11,067 nt of DNA. Source: Archangium sp. (GTDB taxonomy: Bacteria; Myxococcota; Myxococcia; Myxococcales; Myxococcaceae). Each line of letters starts with the position of its first letter. Position 1 is the first letter of the stretch. This document shows positions 1 to 6,033 of the stretch, piece by piece. The position numbers were made by a program, and so were the translations under genes. The DNA lies in NCBI GenBank assembly GCA_031367385.1, contig JANLPS010000363.1, positions 1 through 11,067 on the forward strand, read 5' to 3'. The notes beneath the pieces were generated by a model, which made no database searches, was not told where the DNA came from, and saw only the letters and a list, made by a program, of their open reading frames with translations.

Positions 1-213
1 GGCAACCTCCAGTTTCGCAAGACGGCGCGCAACTTCTCGCCGCTGATGTGTATGGCCGCGAAGACCACCATCGTCGAGGCCGAGCACCTGGTGCAGCTGG
101 GCGAGCTCGAGCCCGACCAGGTTCACCTGCCGGGCGTGTACGTTCACCGAATAATTCAATCGACCGGTCTCAACAAGTGGATCGAACGACGCACCATTCG
201 ACCGAGGGCGTAA
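1..213 (+). CDS. scoA: 3-oxoacid CoA-transferase subunit A, 3' end (5' part outside window)
   Basis: Frame +1 reads [53 protein letters not shown]...[10 protein letters not shown], with TAA at 211-213. This matches the typical class I CoA-transferase alpha-subunit C-terminus (GNL.F.KTARNF.P...A...TIVE.E......L.PD.VH.PG.YV). The beta subunit starts 4 nt downstream. Not in the ORF track because the start is outside the window. Confidence 0.92.
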   Translation, partial: GNLQFRKTARNFSPLMCMAAKTTIVEAEHLVQLGELEPDQVHLPGVYVHRIIQSTGLNKWIERRTIRPRA

Positions 214-217
214 CCAG

Positions 218-874
218 ATGCCACTGACGCGTGAACAGATCGCCCAACGGGTCGCCAAAGAGCTCAAAGACGGGTTCTACGTGAACTTGGGCATTGGCCT
301 GCCGACCCTGATTCCCAACTACATTCCCGCGGGGGTCGAGGTCGTTCTGCAGTCTGAGAACGGCATGCTCGGCACCGGCCCGTACCCGCTGGAGGGCGAT
401 GAAGACCCTGACCTCATCAACGCCGGCAAAGAGACCGTGACCGCCTTGCCCGGCGCGGCCTACTTCGACTCGGCTGCCAGCTTCGCGATGATTCGAGGGG
501 GTCACATCGACCTTGCGGTTCTGGGCGCGATGGAGGTCAGCGAGTTCGGCGACCTCGCGAATTGGATGATCCCCGGGAAGATGGTCAAGGGCATGGGCGG
601 CGCGATGGATCTCGCCGTCGGCGCCAAGCGCGTCATCGTCGCGATGGAGCACGTCGCGAAAGACAACATGCCCAAGCTGCTCAAGAACTGCGCCTTGCCG
701 CTGACCAGCAAGCGCTGCGTTCACGCCATTTGCACCGACCGCGCGTGGATCGACATCACCCCGACCGGCATGGTCTTACGCGAGCTGGCCCCGGGCGAGA
801 CGGTCGAGTCAGTGCAAAAGCTGACCGAGCCGAAGCTGACCGTGGCGCCCGACTGCAAGACCATGGTGGTCTGA
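218..874 (+). CDS. scoB: 3-oxoacid CoA-transferase subunit B (succinyl-CoA:3-ketoacid CoA-transferase type)
   Basis: 218 aa with VNLGIGLPT, the catalytic LQSENG motif, [22 protein letters not shown] and KGMGGAMDL. Substrate specificity (ScoB vs PcaJ/AtoA) cannot be fixed from sequence alone. Confidence 0.93.
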   Translation: MPLTREQIAQRVAKELKDGFYVNLGIGLPTLIPNYIPAGVEVVLQSENGMLGTGPYPLEGDEDPDLINAGKETVTALPGAAYFDSAASFAMIRGGHIDLAVLGAMEVSEFGDLANWMIPGKMVKGMGGAMDLAVGAKRVIVAMEHVAKDNMPKLLKNCALPLTSKRCVHAICTDRAWIDITPTGMVLRELAPGETVESVQKLTEPKLTVAPDCKTMVV

Positions 875-910
875 CTCATAGGGCGGTTGGCCCGCGGCAG
901 TCCGACCTCC

Positions 911-950
911 CTCTCATGGTGAGCCTGTCGAACCACGAACCACGAACCAT
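911..950. repeat. REP-like dispersed repeat, copy 1, with GAACCAC x3 tail
   Basis: ctctcatggtgagcctgtcgaaccacgaaccac (911-943) matches the reverse complement of 10865-10897 with 1 mismatch in 33 nt. Its first 23 nt are identical to 11045-11067. The heptamer gaaccac/gaaccac/gaaccat is repeated at 930-950. Confidence 0.88.
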
Positions 951-1022
951 GGCCCACCTTTTTCGGCCAAACGAGCGACATTCGGGCCCTTTTGACGAAT
1001 TGCGCTATAACCTCACGCCACC

Positions 1023-1412
1023 ATGCCCGAGAAGGCACAGAACAAGTCCACTCGAAAGTCGGAGCGCCTCGAGCACGAGCTGCTCGTCGCCTATCGAACC
1101 GTCGACGGTTTCATCACCGACTGGGCCGTGAACATCAGTCGGGGCGGCATCTTCATCAACACCCGCAGCCCCCTCGCCGCTGGCAGCGTCGTGCGGTTGA
1201 TCGTCTCGCTGCCCGACGCCGCGTTTCCCTTCGACCTCACCGGGCGGGTCATTCGCTCACACCCCTTCGACCCGGGCTCGAACCAGGTCGCGGGCATGGG
1301 CATCGAGTTCATCGACGTCGACGCCGACAAGCTCTCGCGGCTCGAGCGCTTCGTCGACCGCTTGCGCAAAGAGCTGCCGGGTGAAGACACCCAGGCCGGC
1401 TTCAAGAAGTAA
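1023..1412 (+). CDS. PilZ-domain protein, TIGR02266 (myxobacterial paralogous) type; putative c-di-GMP receptor
   Basis: 129 aa with both PilZ c-di-GMP motifs, RxxxR (RKSER) and (D/N)xSxxG (NISRGGIFI), followed by the G.V...GMGIEF beta-barrel pattern. Confidence 0.9.
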   Translation: MPEKAQNKSTRKSERLEHELLVAYRTVDGFITDWAVNISRGGIFINTRSPLAAGSVVRLIVSLPDAAFPFDLTGRVIRSHPFDPGSNQVAGMGIEFIDVDADKLSRLERFVDRLRKELPGEDTQAGFKK

Positions 1413-1424
1413 GCAGCGGCACGC

Positions 1425-2672
1425 GTGAGTCGCAGCGAGCTGAGAGTCGAACGGTTGTCGAAGTCTGGAGAAGGCGTGGCCCACCTCGATGGTCGCGCCG
1501 TTTTCATTTCTGGAGCCCTGCCCGGAGAGACCGTCGTCGCCGAGGTCGTCGAAGCCGGCAAGGTGCTCCGCGGAGAGCTGCTCGAGCTCATCACCCCCAG
1601 CGCCGAGCGACGGGTGCCCATGTGCCCGCTGGCCACCACCTGCGGCGGCTGCCCGTGGATGCACCTCGTCGAGCCCGGCCAGCTCGCCGCGAAAGAAGAG
1701 ATCGTTCGCTCGACGTTGGAGCACGTGGGCGGCATCGACCTGACGGCCCTTCAGGTGTTGCCGACCTTCGCGTCACCCCTCGCCGTCGGCTACCGGCGCC
1801 GGGCGACGTTGCACCCCGTTCAGGGCCGGCTCGGCTTCTTCGGGCGGCGAACCCACGACCGGGTGATCGTCGATCTCTGCCCAGCACTGACCGAGCCCCT
1901 GCAACACCTGCCGTCGCTGCTCAGCGACTCGCTGGGCGCCGCGCTCAAAGACGTCGAAGAAGTGCGGGTGCTCGAGTGCGAGTCGCGCATCGCGATCTCG
2001 GTGCACTTGAAAGGCGCCCTGCGACCCAAGGTCACCGAGGCGATCGAGCCGCTCATTCGAGAGGGCTTCATCGCCGGGGCGCTGCTGGTGCCGGGTGAGG
2101 GCAAGGGCGGGGTGACCACGAGGGGCGCTCCGGTGCTCGAAGAAGAGGGGCTGTTCTATCGGCCTGATGGGTTCGCGCAGGCCAACGCCCGGGTCAACGC
2201 CGCGCTGGTCGCCCGCAGCATCGAGTGGCTCGAGCCGCAAGCGGCGTCGGTGCTCGAGCTCTATTCGGGCAACGGCAACTTCACGCTGCCGCTGGCCGTG
2301 CAGGCCACGCACGTCACGGCGATCGAGTCATCGGCGATTTCGATACAGCTGGCGGTGCAAGCCGCGCGCGCGAGAACCAACATTCGCTTCGTGCAGAGCG
2401 ATGCCGAGAAGAGCGCCGACGGGTTGGTGCGTGAGGGAGCGAGGTTTGATCGCCTGCTGCTCGACCCTCCGCGAACCGGTGCGCCGAAGGTGGGTACCTG
2501 GGCCTCTCGGCTGCTGGTGTCACATGTCGTGTATGTGGCCTGTGACCCCGTCTCTCTGGCACGCGATGCGGCGTCGCTCATCACCAACGGGTTTCGGCCG
2601 ACCGCGCTGCAGCTGTTCGACCTCTTTCCCCAGACCCATCACATCGAAGCGGTGATGGCGTTTCGACGCTGA
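1425..2672 (+). CDS. rlmD: Class I SAM-dependent RNA (uracil-5)-methyltransferase, RlmD/TrmA family, with TRAM domain
   Basis: GTG start. TRAM-like N-terminus (GEGVA...VFISGALPGETV), 4Fe-4S motif CPLATTCGGC, FAQAN, SAM-binding LELYSGNGNFT, LLDPPRTG, catalytic Cys in YVACDP, and FDLFPQTHHIE. Exact target base uncertain. Confidence 0.88.
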   Translation: MSRSELRVERLSKSGEGVAHLDGRAVFISGALPGETVVAEVVEAGKVLRGELLELITPSAERRVPMCPLATTCGGCPWMHLVEPGQLAAKEEIVRSTLEHVGGIDLTALQVLPTFASPLAVGYRRRATLHPVQGRLGFFGRRTHDRVIVDLCPALTEPLQHLPSLLSDSLGAALKDVEEVRVLECESRIAISVHLKGALRPKVTEAIEPLIREGFIAGALLVPGEGKGGVTTRGAPVLEEEGLFYRPDGFAQANARVNAALVARSIEWLEPQAASVLELYSGNGNFTLPLAVQATHVTAIESSAISIQLAVQAARARTNIRFVQSDAEKSADGLVREGARFDRLLLDPPRTGAPKVGTWASRLLVSHVVYVACDPVSLARDAASLITNGFRPTALQLFDLFPQTHHIEAVMAFRR

Positions 2673-2750
2673 GCGCAACACCCCGAATCATCTGGGCATT
2701 TGCAGCACGCCCGCGAGCGGTGTCAGCGCACGGAGGCCGTCGAGGCCTCA

Positions 2751-2755
2751 AGGAG
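2751..2755 (+). promoter_or_regulatory. Shine-Dalgarno site for the lipoprotein gene
   Basis: AGGAG at 2751-2755, 6 nt before the in-frame GTG at 2762. Immediately preceded by a GAGGCC-gtcga-GGCCTC hairpin (2733-2749). Confidence 0.6.
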
Positions 2756-2761
2756 CGTCGG

Positions 2762-3247
2762 GTGTACAGCAATCACTACTGGTCGCGCGGTCTGGTCCTG
2801 GTCTTCGTCTCGCTCATGGCCTGTGGAGGCATCGTCGATGAGCCCAGCAGTGACGCGGGGCGCATCACGTCGCCGAGAGACGCGGGCGTTTTCACCACAG
2901 TCGACGCGGGGCTCGTCTCCGACGCGGGCGTGAACCCGGTCGATGCCGGCACGCTCGTCGACGCCGGGTTCACTCGTGATGCTGGCACCCGCCCTCCGTC
3001 GCCAGACTCGGGTACCCCAGCAGTCACCCTGGAGTGGGACGCGAGCACGACCAGTGGCGTGAGCTACTCGGTGTACCGCGGCACCTCAGCCGGAGGCCCA
3101 TACGTGCTCATCGCCTCAGGCGTGGCCAGCACCAGCTACTCCGACACCACGGTGCACGCAGGCGTCACGTACTTCTACGTCACTCGCGCAGTTGACGCGA
3201 CGCAGACCCAGAGCATCGACTCCAACGAAACCACGGTGACGCCATGA
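2762..3247 (+). CDS. Predicted lipoprotein with DAG-repeat linker and C-terminal fibronectin type III-like domain
   Basis: Start moved from 2720 to GTG 2762 because of the SD site. Signal peptide (M)YSNHYWSRGLVLVFVSLMA-C with lipobox Cys at 2822. Seven DAG repeats plus one DSG (2852-3013). FN3-like pattern VTLEW...YSVYRG...YSDTTV.AGVTYFYVTRAVD...S..SN (3020-3244). Confidence 0.8.
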   Translation: MYSNHYWSRGLVLVFVSLMACGGIVDEPSSDAGRITSPRDAGVFTTVDAGLVSDAGVNPVDAGTLVDAGFTRDAGTRPPSPDSGTPAVTLEWDASTTSGVSYSVYRGTSAGGPYVLIASGVASTSYSDTTVHAGVTYFYVTRAVDATQTQSIDSNETTVTP

Positions 3248-4578
3248 TGAAAAAGGGGACAGGCTGCTTTTTCCTGTTGATGGCCTGCGCCCTCGAGGCC
3301 AGCGCCGCGAACCACTGCGTTCTCCCCGGCATCAGCGCGGGCACCCACGACGGCTCAGACTGGGCTAATGCGATGACCGCGTTGCCCGGCGCCTTGATTC
3401 GCGGCGACACGTATTACTTGGGCGCCGGCACCTACCCGGGCCGCACTTTCTCGACCGCGGCCAGCGGCACCCAGATCATCACCGTCAAGAAGGCCACCGC
3501 CGGTGATCACGGGGCAACCGCCGGGTGGAGCGACGCATACGGCGCCGCCATCGTCGCCTTCACCGGCGGCCTCGACTTCACCTCTTCATATTGGCTCGTC
3601 GATGGCCAAACCGGCGGCGGCGTCGTCAACAGGTGGGGCGACGGCTTCGGCATGACCGTCACCGAAAAGGGCGATGGCACCGCAGTGATTCGGGTCAGCC
3701 AGAACGCCAGCAACATCACGATTCGCCATGTCGACCTGCACGGCAAGGGCAGCGTCAGCACCGCGGGCGGCTCAGCGTCGAATGACGGCGTCGCGATCTA
3801 CGGCGGGTCGAACGTCACCATCTCGTACTTTCGAATGACCGGTATCGGCCGGTGCCCATTCTTCATCAGCCCCGTCAACGCCCTCTTCGAGCACGGCTGG
3901 GTCGTGTCGTACTTCGGCTCGAGCGCCATGCACTCCGAGATCGCGAGCATCTGGTCATTCTCGGGCTCGGTGGGAGACGTCACCTTTCGCGACAACCTGT
4001 TCACCGACCTTCAAAGCACCGGCGGCCTGATGTGGGACAACTCGTCGAACCCGAGCGCGCACCTCACGGTCGAAGGCAACGTCTTCTACAAGCCACCGGG
4101 CGCAACCTGGGAGCAGGCCAACGGCGTCATCGGCGGGTGGACCGGCGGGGGCGGTGAGGAATTTCACAACGCGCTGGTGACGAACAACACGTTCATCAAC
4201 ATCGACCAGCAGAGCCTGAGCACCTTTCCCAACATTGCCTCGGGCAACGCGGCCTACAACAACCTGTTCTTCAACTGCGACAGCCCCGACTTTTCGAAGT
4301 TCGCCATGCACGACGACAATCTCTTCATCACCTCGGGCGGCACGCACGGAGAAGCGAATGGCACCAGCGCCTCCACGAGCCCCTTCGTCTCGGTGAGCGC
4401 GCTCGATTTTCGTCTGACCGCGGCCACGGCGAGCGGCAAGTCAATGAGCGCTCCGCTCGACGTCGACCCGCTCGGAGTCACCCGAGGCGCCGACGCCATC
4501 TGGGATCGTGGCGCCTTCGAGTTCAGCGGCGGCAAGAGCGTCGTGCTGCCGCCGACCAGGCTCCGAGTGGTGCCCTAG
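3244..4578 (+). CDS. Secreted right-handed parallel beta-helix (pectin lyase-like fold) protein
   Basis: ATGA overlap with the upstream gene. N-terminal signal ending A-S-A, or an alternative lipobox LMAC. Beta-helix hallmarks: GDTYYLGAGTY cap and Asn-ladder repeats (NITIRH, NVTISY, DVTFRDNLF, LTVEGNVF, LVTNNTF, AYNNLF). C-terminal PFV....DFRL...D..G..R....WDRGAFEF segment typical of secreted beta-helix proteins. Confidence 0.78.
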   Translation: MMKKGTGCFFLLMACALEASAANHCVLPGISAGTHDGSDWANAMTALPGALIRGDTYYLGAGTYPGRTFSTAASGTQIITVKKATAGDHGATAGWSDAYGAAIVAFTGGLDFTSSYWLVDGQTGGGVVNRWGDGFGMTVTEKGDGTAVIRVSQNASNITIRHVDLHGKGSVSTAGGSASNDGVAIYGGSNVTISYFRMTGIGRCPFFISPVNALFEHGWVVSYFGSSAMHSEIASIWSFSGSVGDVTFRDNLFTDLQSTGGLMWDNSSNPSAHLTVEGNVFYKPPGATWEQANGVIGGWTGGGGEEFHNALVTNNTFINIDQQSLSTFPNIASGNAAYNNLFFNCDSPDFSKFAMHDDNLFITSGGTHGEANGTSASTSPFVSVSALDFRLTAATASGKSMSAPLDVDPLGVTRGADAIWDRGAFEFSGGKSVVLPPTRLRVVP

Positions 4579-4585
4579 CCTCGAG

Positions 4586-5875
4586 CTATGAGGTGCCTGC
4601 AGTGATCAGCGCCGTCGCCTGTTTCGAATGCGCCATGTGCTTCAAATCGGTCGCGCCATGACGCCCGGTGTGCCGCATCAACGAGAGCAGCAATTTTCGC
4701 AGCGCCTCTTTGGTGTGCTGGCCGAGCCCCGGGTACTCTTGGGCGATCACCTGATCGGCTGCGCGCTCTGACGCAGTGGGCTTGGCAGCTAGAGTCGCGA
4801 CCGGGGTCGGGGCTTTCGCGGGCCCGATGATCGGCGCCGGGCCGACCGTCACCGTGCCTCCGAACACCGCGCGCCCCGTGTACGGCGCCGCCACCGGCTT
4901 CGGCTTGGGATTCGTCGCGCCGGGCTTGAGCCAATCGGCCACCTCAGAGGGCTGCCCCGCTTTGACGCGAACATCGTTGCGCGCCTTCTCCCGCGCGATC
5001 ATGTCTTTCGCGTTCTGAATCGCCTGAGGGTTGAGGTACGGGTTGTTGCCGACCGATTTCCACGCGTCGCCGATCGTGCCGCTGCCGAGGGGGTTGTACT
5101 GCACGCGCTGCCAGTCGATGAACGCCTTCACCTCGCCCGTCGGCAATTTGAAGCCCGAGGCCTCGAGCACCTTGGTCTGCGGAGCTGCCGGGTTCGAGGT
5201 CAGTATTGCCTCGAGGGGCTTGGTCGACTCGACGAACCCGGTCTGAACACCCAGCGGTACGAAGCAACTCGTGCCGGTCTCTTTGTTGGTGAACGTCTTG
5301 TTCGCGTTGCCGTCCATCGTCATTGACCAGTCGTCCATGCTGCCTTCGAAGATGACGTTCTTCGGAGGCGCCTTTTCGTCCAACGTGACGTCGGCCTTGT
5401 TGACCGTCCAGTCGTTGTGGTCTCCGGCTTTGACGACGATCGTACCCTGCACGTCGACCTCGCCGCTGTTGTGCGACCCGCCGAGAATGATGTTCGCCTG
5501 CGCCCCTGGCACTGGCTTCGGGTCTCCGGAAAGGTCGATCTTGTTGTTGCTGCCTTCGAGGTCGATGGTTTGAACGACGTTCTGCTTCACGTTCTGGTCG
5601 ATGGTCTGACCCGTGCCGTCGAGCGTCGTGACCGACGTGGGCAAAGTGAGAGTGCCATCGGCGCCAACCTTCATCGTGGGCACGTCTTCGGCGACCGGCG
5701 CAGCGGGAGCGGGCGGCGGCTCCGCGACCAAGACTGCAGGCCCGGCCACGAAGGCATCGGCGATGGGTGGAGCTGCATCGGGTATCGCGACCGCAAGATC
5801 CGGTACCGGCCCGGCGACTTCGCCGACACCGTCGACCGCGAACGGCTGCGAGCTTGAAATTGAATCGATGCCCAT
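4586..5875 (-). CDS. Hypothetical protein, Pro/Ala-rich termini with central beta-rich region
   Basis: Long ORF with natural protein composition, unlike the overlapping Arg-rich frames. Preferred start is ATG at 5875 (MGIDSISSSQPF...), preceded by GAAAGGG-cgcacc; the ORF-track start at 5929 falls inside the putative promoter. About 429 aa, no Sec signal peptide. Confidence 0.72.
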   Translation of the reverse strand: MGIDSISSSQPFAVDGVGEVAGPVPDLAVAIPDAAPPIADAFVAGPAVLVAEPPPAPAAPVAEDVPTMKVGADGTLTLPTSVTTLDGTGQTIDQNVKQNVVQTIDLEGSNNKIDLSGDPKPVPGAQANIILGGSHNSGEVDVQGTIVVKAGDHNDWTVNKADVTLDEKAPPKNVIFEGSMDDWSMTMDGNANKTFTNKETGTSCFVPLGVQTGFVESTKPLEAILTSNPAAPQTKVLEASGFKLPTGEVKAFIDWQRVQYNPLGSGTIGDAWKSVGNNPYLNPQAIQNAKDMIAREKARNDVRVKAGQPSEVADWLKPGATNPKPKPVAAPYTGRAVFGGTVTVGPAPIIGPAKAPTPVATLAAKPTASERAADQVIAQEYPGLGQHTKEALRKLLLSLMRHTGRHGATDLKHMAHSKQATALITAGTS

Positions 5876-5908
5876 GGTGCGCCCTTTCAAAGATGAACCG
5901 CTCCATGG

Positions 5909-5936
5909 TCTTCGGCCCGTCGCGCCCAATGTTGCG
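5909..5936 (-). promoter_or_regulatory. Putative sigma28/FliA-type promoter for the 4586-5875 gene
   Basis: Minus strand reads cGCAACATT-N11-GCCGAAGA against the FliA consensus TAAAGTTT-N11-GCCGATAA. Spacing is exact and the GCCGA core is intact, but the -35 is divergent. Lies 33 nt upstream of the ATG. Confidence 0.4.
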
Positions 5937-5950
5937 AGGAAAGGGAACGG

Positions 5951-5963
5951 TTTCAGCCACTTA
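5951..5963. promoter_or_regulatory. IHF-like binding site
   Basis: TTTCAGCCACTTA matches WATCARNNNNTTR with one mismatch, in the divergent intergenic region. Confidence 0.35.
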
Positions 5964-6033
5964 CATGTGCGTCGATGTGGGCCTGCGTACGTTCTCGGGC
6001 AAGAATCACGGAGTCTGGCTGTAGCCTGGAGCG

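Noticed and set aside
992..1011. Canonical sigma70 promoter TTGACG...TATAAC
   Set aside because: The spacer is only 8 nt rather than about 17. Likewise TTGACG (8690-8695) and TACACT (8722-8727) are 26 nt apart.
2685..2710. Sigma54 promoter (tgggcatttgc) upstream of the lipoprotein gene
   Set aside because: The required GG-N10-GC spacing is not met.
4944..5960. 338-aa minus-strand ORF in an alternative frame
   Set aside because: Arg/Gly-rich composition typical of off-frame GC-rich sequence. It overlaps the better-supported 4586-5875 frame.
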